32,000 nt of DNA, taken from positions 480,001 through 512,000 of the forward strand of contig NZ_LN831039.1 of assembly GCF_001457595.1 (NCBI RefSeq). The letters run 5' to 3'. A program made the position numbers and the translations under genes. This document shows, one piece after another, positions 18,511 through 26,516 of this stretch (the first letter of the stretch is position 1; each line of letters begins with the position of its first letter). This stretch comes from Mycolicibacterium smegmatis (GTDB lineage Bacteria > Actinomycetota > Actinomycetes > Mycobacteriales > Mycobacteriaceae). The notes beneath the pieces were generated by a model. That model had not been told where the DNA came from. It did no database searches and saw only the letters and a program-made list of their open reading frames with translations.

Positions 18511-18930
18511 TCAGGCTGCAGTGACCGTGACGTCGATGTTGCCGCGGGTGGCCTTGGAGTAGGGGCACACCTGGTGGGCGTCGTCGACGATGGCCTGCGC
18601 GGTCGCCTGGTCCACGCCCGGGATGGTGACGTTGAGACGCGCCCGCAGCGAGAACTCGCCGTCGGTGTTGAGCAGGTCCACTTCGGCGTCCACCGCAGTG
18701 TCAGCCGGCAGCTTCACGTTGTGCTTGGGTGCGGTGACACCCATGGCGCTCAGGAAGCACGCCGACCACCCCGCGGCGAAAAGCTGCTCGGGGTTGGTGC
18801 CGGAGCCTTTGCCGCCCGGCGGGGTCAGCTGGATGTCGAGGTTGCCGTCGGAACTGAACGACTCGCCCTGCCGCCCACCGGTGGTGTGGGTCTTGGCCGT
18901 GTACAGCACGTTGTCGGTGGAAGTGGTCAT
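18511..18930 (-). CDS. ohr: Organic hydroperoxide resistance protein, 139 aa
   Basis: Ohr/OsmC fold with both reactive Cys contexts: LFAAGWSACFLSAM and AHQVCPYSKATRGNIDV. Confidence 0.95.
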   Translation of the reverse strand: MTTSTDNVLYTAKTHTTGGRQGESFSSDGNLDIQLTPPGGKGSGTNPEQLFAAGWSACFLSAMGVTAPKHNVKLPADTAVDAEVDLLNTDGEFSLRARLNVTIPGVDQATAQAIVDDAHQVCPYSKATRGNIDVTVTAA

Positions 18931-18956
18931 TACCGTCTCCTGTTCATATAAGTCGC

Positions 18957-18973
18957 ATCCGATTTAATCGGAT
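18957..18973. promoter_or_regulatory. Palindrome ATCCGATT-T-AATCGGAT, candidate OhrR operator (ohr side)
   Basis: Perfect 8-bp arms, 1-nt centre, 27 nt upstream of ohr. Confidence 0.7.
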
Positions 18974-19017
18974 ACGTCAGACCCTAACATCGAAACAGCC
19001 TCTGTCAATCCCGTCCG

Positions 19018-19039
19018 ATTGAATCGCATGCGATTCAAT
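19018..19039. promoter_or_regulatory. 22-bp perfect palindrome ATTGAATCGCATGCGATTCAAT, candidate OhrR operator (ohrR side)
   Basis: Direct reading; 17 nt upstream of the ohrR ATG. Confidence 0.75.
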
Positions 19040-19056
19040 TTCGGTACACTCGGTTC

Positions 19057-19500
19057 ATGACCCCCGCGCGTCTGAACCTGGCCGACTTCCTGTGCTTCTC
19101 GATCTACTCGGCCAACCTCGCGTTCGGAAAGGCCTACAAGCCGCTGCTGGACCAGCGCGGCATCACCTACACGCAGTACATCGCGATCGTGGCGTTGTAC
19201 GACCAGGATCATCAGACCGTGAGCAGCCTGGGTGAGAAGCTGTTCCTGGAGTCCAACACCCTGACCCCGATCCTCAAGAAGCTCGAGTCGCTGGGATACG
19301 TGACCAGGCGTCGGGATCCCGACGACGAGCGTCAGGTCGTCGTCAGCCTGACCGAGGCCGGCCGTGCACTGCGTGAACAGTCGTTCGAGTTGGAGCTCGC
19401 GTCGGCCACCGGCTTGACCGTCGACGAGATGCGGATCATGCAGAAGGGCATCGCGAAGCTACGTGACAACCTGCGTGAGCACGTCCGCGCCACTCGCTGA
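19057..19500 (+). CDS. ohrR: MarR-family organic peroxide sensor/regulator, 147 aa
   Basis: ADFLCFSIYSANLAFGKAYKPLLDQRGITYTQYIAIVAL carries the conserved reactive Cys of OhrR; wHTH SLGEKLFLESNTLTPILKKLESLGYVTRRRDPDDERQV. Confidence 0.95.
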   Translation: MTPARLNLADFLCFSIYSANLAFGKAYKPLLDQRGITYTQYIAIVALYDQDHQTVSSLGEKLFLESNTLTPILKKLESLGYVTRRRDPDDERQVVVSLTEAGRALREQSFELELASATGLTVDEMRIMQKGIAKLRDNLREHVRATR

Positions 19501-19511
19501 CCGGATGTTGC

Positions 19512-21509
19512 TCAGTGGGGGACCGCCACGCTGCGTAGCAGCTCGGGTGTGAGTTTCGGGACCGCCTCGGGCACCACGAGTACCGGTGTGGTGGCGTGCG
19601 CGACAACTGCAGCGGCAACACTGCCCTGTAGATGCCCGAGGAAACCGTTGCGCCGGTGCGGACCGATCACGATCATGCTCGCGCCGTGCTTCTCGGCGGT
19701 GTCGACGATGCCCTGCCACGTCGGTGCGGCCTCGACCGCGACACTGCACGCGGTGAACCCGGCGGCCTCGGCGAGTTCCGCACCGCGGGCGGCGGTCCGC
19801 TCGGCCGCGCGCCGCACCTCGCTCGCCTGGTCGGCGTCGAAGGGTTCGGTCCCGGCGGGGGTGAATCCGACGTCGGCGGGTTGCCACACGCAGACGACGA
19901 GTGCGTCGCGCTCTCCTGCCAACCGGCCGGCGGCGAAGTCGATGGCGTTCGCCGCGCGCTCGGACCCGTCGTAGGCGATCAACACCGGCCCGGTCATCGC
20001 GGGCAGGACGCGGGCCGCGGGACGCGAAGGCGTGACGGCCGGGACCTGCGGAGCGGGCAGACCCGGGCGCAGCCGCGCGAGCAGCGGCGGCGAATACCAG
20101 GCCGGATCGTCCCCGTCGAGGAAGCGGTCGATGTCAGGTGCCTGTGGTCGCGCACCGCTGAGCAGGTAGACCACCACACCGAAGAGCGCGCCGCCGATCG
20201 CCAGGCCGAGGCTGATCCACAGCGCATCGCCGGTTCCCTGCACCAGGCCACCGGTGGCCGTGAGCGCGAAATGCGCGAAGATCGGCGCCACCATGAACGC
20301 CGCGACGGCACGCAGCAGTTCGATGATCGCGAAGACGCGCTGCAAACTGTTGGACTGCAACGAGAAACCCGCCACGAACAACGCCGGGGCGACGGTGGCG
20401 CCGAGGGCCAGACCGGTCAGGGCCGAACCGACCAGCGCCAGCGGCTGATTCGCGGGTAGTGCGAATCGGAACGCCACGACCCCGGCGGCGAGCAGCGCCA
20501 TCCCGACGAGGGGGAGGTAGTGCATCGCGCGGCGGCTGATGACGTGTCCGAACACGAACGCCATGACCACCGCGCCGCCGAGTTCGGGCAGATACAGCAG
20601 CCCGACGTGTACCGGGTTGAAGCTCTCGAGGAAGACCTCGGCGGTCAACGCGGTCGCAGCAACCGAGGCCGCCGCCGCGAACAGCGCCACCCCGACGCCG
20701 GCAACCGGGATGGAACTCGTGAGCATCGTCCGGATCGTGAGCAACGGCCGCGGTGCGCGGAACTGGTAGACGATCAGGGTCACGATCAGCAGCAGGCCGC
20801 CCAGCATCGGCACGGTGACCGCCGCGTCGTCGAATCCGTGGCTGGTGAGCTGTGCGGCACCGATGAACGCCGCCGCGCACCCCACCGCTGCCAGCGCGAT
20901 GGCCTTGATGTCACGTGGCGCGGTGCGGTCTGCCGGCGGCGCATCCTCGAACGTCAACAGCGCCATGACCAGGGCCGCCAGCGCGATGGCGGCGATAATC
21001 CAGAACAGTGGGCGCCAGGCGTGCGCCTCGGCCTGCGTACCACCGACGAACGGGCCGAGGGCGACCGCCCCGAACACGCACATGTTCATGATCACTGCTG
21101 TGTGGCGCAGCTTTTCGCGTGGGAAGCCGATGGTCAACGGTGGTGCGGCGGCGATCAGCAGCATGCTGGTCGACAAACCCTGGAGCACATGGCCGATGAT
21201 GAACACCGTGCCGTTCGGTGCCGAAGCGGCCACCGCCGAGCCGATGACGAGCAGTACGGCGTACGCGATCATCATGCGCCGCTGGGGGAGATGCTGCGCG
21301 AACTGCACGGCCAGTACGGTCCCCACTGCGTAGGCCGCGTTGCCCAAACCCGAGCCCAGGCTCATCTCCTGGGGCGTCATGTGCAGTTGTTCACAGATGA
21401 TCGGAACCAGCGGGTCGATCGCCGCGGACAGTGCCAGGTAGGGGATCAGGGCCAAGGTCACCATCGTGGCGACTGCGGGGTACCTTCCGGCGAGGGGGCC
21501 TTGGCGCAT
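19512..21509 (-). CDS. MFS transporter (14-TM drug-exporter-like) fused to a C-terminal universal stress protein domain, 665 aa
   Basis: N-terminal MFS (GSGLGNAAYAVGTVLAVQFAQHLPQRRMMIAYAVLLVIG). C-terminal Usp (GPVLIAYDGSERAANAIDFAAGRLAGERDALVVCVW...GASMIVIGPHRRNGFLGHLQGSVAAAVVAHATTPVLVVPEA). Confidence 0.88.
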   Translation of the reverse strand: MRQGPLAGRYPAVATMVTLALIPYLALSAAIDPLVPIICEQLHMTPQEMSLGSGLGNAAYAVGTVLAVQFAQHLPQRRMMIAYAVLLVIGSAVAASAPNGTVFIIGHVLQGLSTSMLLIAAAPPLTIGFPREKLRHTAVIMNMCVFGAVALGPFVGGTQAEAHAWRPLFWIIAAIALAALVMALLTFEDAPPADRTAPRDIKAIALAAVGCAAAFIGAAQLTSHGFDDAAVTVPMLGGLLLIVTLIVYQFRAPRPLLTIRTMLTSSIPVAGVGVALFAAAASVAATALTAEVFLESFNPVHVGLLYLPELGGAVVMAFVFGHVISRRAMHYLPLVGMALLAAGVVAFRFALPANQPLALVGSALTGLALGATVAPALFVAGFSLQSNSLQRVFAIIELLRAVAAFMVAPIFAHFALTATGGLVQGTGDALWISLGLAIGGALFGVVVYLLSGARPQAPDIDRFLDGDDPAWYSPPLLARLRPGLPAPQVPAVTPSRPAARVLPAMTGPVLIAYDGSERAANAIDFAAGRLAGERDALVVCVWQPADVGFTPAGTEPFDADQASEVRRAAERTAARGAELAEAAGFTACSVAVEAAPTWQGIVDTAEKHGASMIVIGPHRRNGFLGHLQGSVAAAVVAHATTPVLVVPEAVPKLTPELLRSVAVPH

Positions 21510-21843
21510 ATCAGAAGCGCCCTGATGTCGGGTTCAGTTCACGCACTGGCGGTGAAACGACGTGCGGTGATTGCTCTATTCCATCTGTGGGTGGTGTCAC
21601 GACCGTTTGCGCAGCGGAAACATCTGTGCCTGCGTAATGACATCACTCGCAACAACTTTCAGGGAACTCACAGCAGATGTGCAGGGGACGGACAGTCCGG
21701 TGCGATGCTCCGTCGCCGACTTGGATGGCGGCGATGGTGAAATCGTCGGCAGCCGTGGCGTTTCGGTGAACTCTCGGCAGTCGACTCCCGGTGAGGGTGA
21801 CACAACTCCGCCCTGCTGGGAGGGTCCGCCTGCCACCTGTGAT

Positions 21844-22092
21844 CTACGGAGATGTGTTCGGGGTCGGGCTCTGCGACGATTCCCATTTGGACTCCATGGT
21901 CCGCGTGACGGGCGTGCCTGCCGCGAACTCCCGCTGGAACGTCTCGCCGTCGTCGCCTTCGAAGGTGACCAGTAGGCCCGATCCGGTGTCCTCCTTGTGG
22001 ACCACCTTGCAGGTGGGTTCCCCGGTGCCGAGGGTCACCACGTCACCGGGGGCCACCTCGTCGATGCGCGCGACGGCACTGTTGTCAGACAT
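21844..22092 (-). CDS. Small conserved-looking hypothetical protein, 82 aa
   Basis: MSDNSAVARIDEVAPGDVVTLGTGEPTCKVVHKEDTGSGLLVTFEGDDGETFQREFAAGTPVTRTMESKWESS has the composition of a folded beta-rich soluble protein. Confidence 0.65.
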   Translation of the reverse strand: MSDNSAVARIDEVAPGDVVTLGTGEPTCKVVHKEDTGSGLLVTFEGDDGETFQREFAAGTPVTRTMESKWESSQSPTPNTSP

Positions 22093-22131
22093 GGTCCTGT
22101 CGATAGCCGCTTTACGCGCTCACCAAACCGG

Positions 22132-23577
22132 TCAGCCCATGGCCCACAGGCCGAGGCTGATCACGAACGCCGTCAGTCCCAGCGTCGTCTCCAGCAGCGT
22201 CCAGGTCTTGAGCGTGGTCTTGACGTCCATGCCGAAGAACCGGCTGACCAACCAGAAGCCGGAGTCGTTGACGTGCGAGAGCACCGTGGCGCCCGCGGCG
22301 ATCGCCATCACCAGCGCGGTCAGTTGCAGGCTGCTCAGTCCCGCGGCGGCGACGGCCGCGCTGAGTAGACCCGCGGTGGTGGTCAATGCGACCGTCGCCG
22401 AACCCTGCGCGACGCGCAGCAGTGTGGAGATGAGGAAGGCCTGCAGGATCAGCGAGATCCCGAGGTCGGACAGCGAACCGCTCAGGGCGTCTCCGATGCC
22501 GCTGGTGCGCAGCACGCCACCGAACATGCCGCCCGCACCGGTGATCAGGATGATCGCGCAGATCGGGCCGAGGGCGTTGTCGAGGATGTCGGTGACGGTG
22601 GCCATCGACCTGCCGCGCAATCCGAGTACCAGGGTGGCGACGATCACGGTGATCAGCAGGGCGATCGAGGTGGTGCCGATCAGTTTGAGGTACTCCGCCC
22701 ACGTGGCCTCTTCGGGAATCACCCCTGCGGTCTGCAGGGTGGCGACCACCGTGTTGCACGAGATCAGTACGAAGGGCAGCAGCAGCACACCCAGGACGGT
22801 CAGGAACGACGGTGTGGTCCGGGTGGCGGTCTTCGAGGACCCTGTGGCGCCGGCCCCGTCGGCGTCGGCCTCGGTGCCGGTGGCGTCGGAATCGCGGCCG
22901 CCGTTGATCTCACCGAACAGTGACGTGGGAATGTCGACGTGAACCCGCCTGCCGATCACCTGGGACACGAGGAACGCGCCGACATACCACGACACCAACG
23001 CCACGGGGACGCCGACGATCAGGGTGAGACCGATGTTGGCGCCGAGCAGTTCGGCCGCCGCAACCGGACCGGGATGCGGCGGGACCAGGGCGTGCATGGC
23101 CGCGAACGCGCCGGCTGCGGGGAATGCGTACAGCAGCAGCGATCCGCCGAACCTGCGGGCCACCGTCATGATGATCGGCAGGAAGACGACCAGACCGGCG
23201 TCGAAGAAAATCGGGAAACCGAACAGCAACGCGGCCACGCCGAGCGCGAGAGGGGCCCGCTTCTCGCCGAACCGGCCGATGAGCGTGTCGGCGAGAACCT
23301 GTGCACCCCCGGTGGTTTCGAGAAGACGCCCGATCATGACACCGAAACCGACGAGCAGGGCCACGGAGCCGAGCGTGCTGGAGAACCCGGATGACAGGGC
23401 GCTTGGCACATCGGCCACGGGGATACCGGCGGCCAGTGCGGTCAACAGGCTCACCAGTACCAGGGCGACGAACGCGTGCAGCTTCACCTTGATGATGAGG
23501 AACAGCAGGACCGCCACCGCGGCTGCCGCGATCAGCAGAAGGGTGGTGGTGCCGTATGCCGGATCAATGGCGTCCAC
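22132..23577 (-). CDS. gntP: Gluconate:H+ symporter, GntP family, 481 aa
   Basis: LLVGFGVMIGRLLETTGGAQVLADTLIGRFGEKRAPLALGVAALLFGFPIFFDAGLVVFLPI...HALVPPHPGPVAAAELLGANIG...HVNDSGFWLVSRFFGM. Confidence 0.95.
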   Translation of the reverse strand: MDAIDPAYGTTTLLLIAAAAVAVLLFLIIKVKLHAFVALVLVSLLTALAAGIPVADVPSALSSGFSSTLGSVALLVGFGVMIGRLLETTGGAQVLADTLIGRFGEKRAPLALGVAALLFGFPIFFDAGLVVFLPIIMTVARRFGGSLLLYAFPAAGAFAAMHALVPPHPGPVAAAELLGANIGLTLIVGVPVALVSWYVGAFLVSQVIGRRVHVDIPTSLFGEINGGRDSDATGTEADADGAGATGSSKTATRTTPSFLTVLGVLLLPFVLISCNTVVATLQTAGVIPEEATWAEYLKLIGTTSIALLITVIVATLVLGLRGRSMATVTDILDNALGPICAIILITGAGGMFGGVLRTSGIGDALSGSLSDLGISLILQAFLISTLLRVAQGSATVALTTTAGLLSAAVAAAGLSSLQLTALVMAIAAGATVLSHVNDSGFWLVSRFFGMDVKTTLKTWTLLETTLGLTAFVISLGLWAMG

Positions 23578-23613
23578 GACGCCCCCTCAACACAGCGAAA
23601 TCCATGGGTCGGC

Positions 23614-24126
23614 TCACCGGTCCTCCTCTGGTGTGTGGGATTGTGTTGCGCTGACGTAGCTTTCGATGATGTCGTCGATGGACTGGTCGACATCGATCGC
23701 GACACCGCACTCATCGGGCGCCAGGGGCTCGAGGGTTTTGAACTGTGATTCCAGCAGCGACGCGGGCATGAAATGGCCCGGCCTGCTCGCCTGCCTCCTG
23801 CCGATGGTCTCCATCGACCCCTCCAGATGCAGGAACTCGATGTCGGGGCAGTGCTGCCGCAGTTGGTCGCGGTAGGTGCGTTTGAGGGCCGAGCAGCTCA
23901 TCACGCCGCCGGCGGGATGTTCGGCCAGCCACTTACCGATGGCCTCGAGCCAGGGGTAGCGGTCGTCGTCGTCGAGGGCGTGACCTGCGGACATCTTCTC
24001 GATGTTGGCCGGTGGGTGGAAGTCGTCGGCGTCGGCGAAGGGCACGCGCAACCGCTGGGCCAGCGCCGCGCCCACGGTTGATTTCCCGGAGCCGGAGACT
24101 CCCATGACGACGATCGGTGTAGCCAT
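23614..24126 (-). CDS. gntK: Gluconokinase, 170 aa
   Basis: VMGVSGSGKSTVGAALAQRLRVPFADADDFHPPANIEKMSAGHALDDDDRYPWLEAIGKWL...GGVMSCSALKRTYRDQLR...RPGHFMPASLLESQFKTLEPL. Confidence 0.96.
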   Translation of the reverse strand: MATPIVVMGVSGSGKSTVGAALAQRLRVPFADADDFHPPANIEKMSAGHALDDDDRYPWLEAIGKWLAEHPAGGVMSCSALKRTYRDQLRQHCPDIEFLHLEGSMETIGRRQASRPGHFMPASLLESQFKTLEPLAPDECGVAIDVDQSIDDIIESYVSATQSHTPEEDR

Positions 24127-24171
24127 ATCTCTTCTGCCTGGTCGATGTGGGTGACGTCACATAGCGTGCCT

Positions 24172-24188
24172 CAATCGTCATACGATTG
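24172..24188. promoter_or_regulatory. Inverted repeat CAATCGT-cat-ACGATTG, candidate operator of the GntR/FadR-type regulator
   Basis: Perfect 7-bp arms, 3-nt spacer, in the divergent gntK/regulator intergenic region. Confidence 0.6.
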
Positions 24189-24248
24189 CAATAGCCGACT
24201 TTTAATGAGTAGCTCTTTTCAGCGCTGAAGCGTCTCTGGCATCATCAA

Positions 24249-24986
24249 TTGATGCTCGATCGTCCGATTGCTGGTGAACTCCACGGCAGCCTCGTTGCCG
24301 CGCTGGGAACCGGGATCGTCTCGGGCCGTTACCAGCCCGGACATGTGCTCAACCTGGAGGGGATCAGCGCCGAGCACGGCGTGTCCCGCAGCGTTGCGCG
24401 TGAGGCGGTGCGTGTCCTGGAGTCCATGGGGATGGTCGAGTCGCGCCGCCGGGTGGGCATCACCGTGCAGGGTCCCGAGAAGTGGAACGTCTTCGACCCG
24501 GTGCTGATCCGCTGGCGGCTGCAAGCCGGTGACCGCACGGCGCAACTGGTGTCGCTGTCGGAACTACGACTGGGTTTCGAACCGGCCGCGGCCGCGCTGG
24601 CCGCGCGGCGGGCGAGCCCGCACCAGTGCCGCGTCCTGGCAACCGCGGTGTCCGACATGGTGATGCACGGACGCAACGGCGACCTCGCGGCGTATCTGGC
24701 GGCAGACAAGCTCTTTCACCAGACCATGCTGGAGGCGAGCGGCAACGAGATGTTCCGGGCGCTCAACGGCGCGGTTGCCGAGGTGCTCGCCGGTCGCACC
24801 CATCACGGCCTGATGCCGGAGAAACCGAACATCGACGCGATCGCCCTGCACGACGAGGTCGCCCGCGCCATCAGGATGGGCGAGGCCGATCAGGCCGAGC
24901 GGGCCATGCGCGCGATCATCGGCGAGTCGGTCTCGGCCATCGTCGAGGTCGGACCCCCGGGTGCAGGGACCGCCGCGCAGGCATGA
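24249..24986 (+). CDS. GntR-family (FadR subfamily, FCD domain) transcriptional regulator, 245 aa; probable start ATG 24252
   Basis: HTH GTGIVSGRYQPGHVLNLEGISAEHGVSRSVAREAVRVLESMGMVESRRRVGITV; C-terminal FCD-like helical domain with D/H residues (AADKLFHQTMLEASGNEMF). Confidence 0.9.
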   Translation: MMLDRPIAGELHGSLVAALGTGIVSGRYQPGHVLNLEGISAEHGVSRSVAREAVRVLESMGMVESRRRVGITVQGPEKWNVFDPVLIRWRLQAGDRTAQLVSLSELRLGFEPAAAALAARRASPHQCRVLATAVSDMVMHGRNGDLAAYLAADKLFHQTMLEASGNEMFRALNGAVAEVLAGRTHHGLMPEKPNIDAIALHDEVARAIRMGEADQAERAMRAIIGESVSAIVEVGPPGAGTAAQA

Positions 24987-25057
24987 GGGGCCCCACGCGC
25001 ATGCGACGATCGGCATAATCACCCCGAAATCGTCCTCGCTGAGGAAGGGTGGGCCCC

Positions 25058-26485
25058 ATGCGCGAATATCTCAAGTTCTACATCGACGGCCGCTGGGTGG
25101 ATCCGGCCGAGCCGCGGACCCTCGACGTCGACAACCCGACCACCGAGCAGGTCGCCGGGCGCATCGCGATCGGCGCGGCGGCAGATGTCGACGCCGCGGT
25201 CGAAGCGGCCCGCAAGGCGTTCACCACGTGGTCGCAGACCTCCCGCGACGAGCGCCTCGCGGTCCTGGGCGCGATCCTCGACGAGTACCAGAAGCGCGCG
25301 TCCGACCTCGCCGACGCGGTCAGTGAAGAGATGGGTGCGCCGGCATCGCTGGCCGCGGGTCCGCAGGTCAGGATGGGCCTGGGGCACCTCACCACGTCGA
25401 TCGAGGCGCTCAAGAAGTTCCAGTTCGAGGAGCAGTACGGCAGCACCCTGGTGGTCAAGGAGCCGATCGGTGTCTGCGGTCTCATCACGCCGTGGAACTG
25501 GCCCATCAACCAGATCGCGTGCAAGGTGTTCCCCGCGTTGGCCACCGGCTGCACCATGGTGCTCAAGCCGTCCGAGGTGGCCCCGTTCTCGGCGCAGATC
25601 TTCACCGAGATCGTCGACGCCGCAGGCGTTCCCGCCGGCGTGTACAACCTCGTGTACGGCGACGGTCCCGGCGTGGGCTCCGAGCTGTCGAGCCACCCCG
25701 ACATCGACATGGTGTCGTTCACCGGGTCCACCCGCGCGGGCATCGACGTGGCGAGGAACGCCGCGCCCACCGTCAAGCGCGTGACGCAGGAATTGGGCGG
25801 AAAGAGCCCCAACATCGTGCTGGACGACGCCGACTTCGCCAAGAGCGTGGCGGCAGGCGTATCGGCGATGATGACGAACAGCGGGCAGAGCTGCAACGCT
25901 CCTTCGCGCATGCTGGTGCCGAATTCCCGTATGGACGAGGCGATCACGATCGCTCGCGGGACCGTCGCAGCGGTGAAGGTCGGCGATCCGTCCGACAAGA
26001 AAGCGATCGGTCCGGTCGCGTCGAAGGCCCAGTTCGACAAGATCCAGGGGCTCATCCAGAGGGGCATCGACGAGGGCGCGACGCTCGTCGTCGGCGGCAC
26101 CGGGCGCCCCGACGGCCTCGACACGGGCTACTACGTCAAGCCGACGGTGTTCGCCGACGTCACCAACGACATGACGATCGCGCGGGAGGAGATCTTCGGC
26201 CCCGTGCTGTGCATCCTCGGCTACGAGGATCTGGACCAGGCCGTCGAGATCGCCAACGACACCGAATACGGCCTGGCCGGCTACGTCTCAGGCGCGGACC
26301 TCGAAACCGCGCGTGCCGTGGCCCGCCGCATCCGTGCTGGATCGGTCGCGATCAACCACGGATTCGATCTCAGCGCCCCGTTCGGCGGGTACAAGCGCAG
26401 CGGCAACGGACGCGAGTGGGGCCACTTCGGTTTCGACGAGTACCTCGAGACCAAGGCCGCGATGGGCTACGCGCCGCCACAGTAG
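25058..26485 (+). CDS. NAD(P)-dependent aldehyde dehydrogenase, 475 aa
   Basis: IGVCGLITPWNWPINQIACKVFPALATGCTMVLKPSEVAPFSA, VSFTGSTRAGIDVARNAAPTVKRVTQELGGKSPNIVL, GQSCNAPSRMLVP, EEIFGPVLCI. Start ATGCGCGAATAT after gaggaaggg. Confidence 0.93.
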   Translation: MREYLKFYIDGRWVDPAEPRTLDVDNPTTEQVAGRIAIGAAADVDAAVEAARKAFTTWSQTSRDERLAVLGAILDEYQKRASDLADAVSEEMGAPASLAAGPQVRMGLGHLTTSIEALKKFQFEEQYGSTLVVKEPIGVCGLITPWNWPINQIACKVFPALATGCTMVLKPSEVAPFSAQIFTEIVDAAGVPAGVYNLVYGDGPGVGSELSSHPDIDMVSFTGSTRAGIDVARNAAPTVKRVTQELGGKSPNIVLDDADFAKSVAAGVSAMMTNSGQSCNAPSRMLVPNSRMDEAITIARGTVAAVKVGDPSDKKAIGPVASKAQFDKIQGLIQRGIDEGATLVVGGTGRPDGLDTGYYVKPTVFADVTNDMTIAREEIFGPVLCILGYEDLDQAVEIANDTEYGLAGYVSGADLETARAVARRIRAGSVAINHGFDLSAPFGGYKRSGNGREWGHFGFDEYLETKAAMGYAPPQ

Positions 26486-26516
26486 GCGCAGTAGACGAAT
26501 CGGGCGAACGTGGCAC

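Noticed and set aside
20520-23659. Plus-strand ORFs of 406, 383 and 211 aa across the MFS-Usp/gntP region
   Set aside because: Reverse-complement frames of real genes with Arg/His-rich composition.
26486-26516. Terminator between the convergent aldehyde dehydrogenase and TopoM A genes
   Set aside because: Only short imperfect complementarity is visible; not enough to support a hairpin call.
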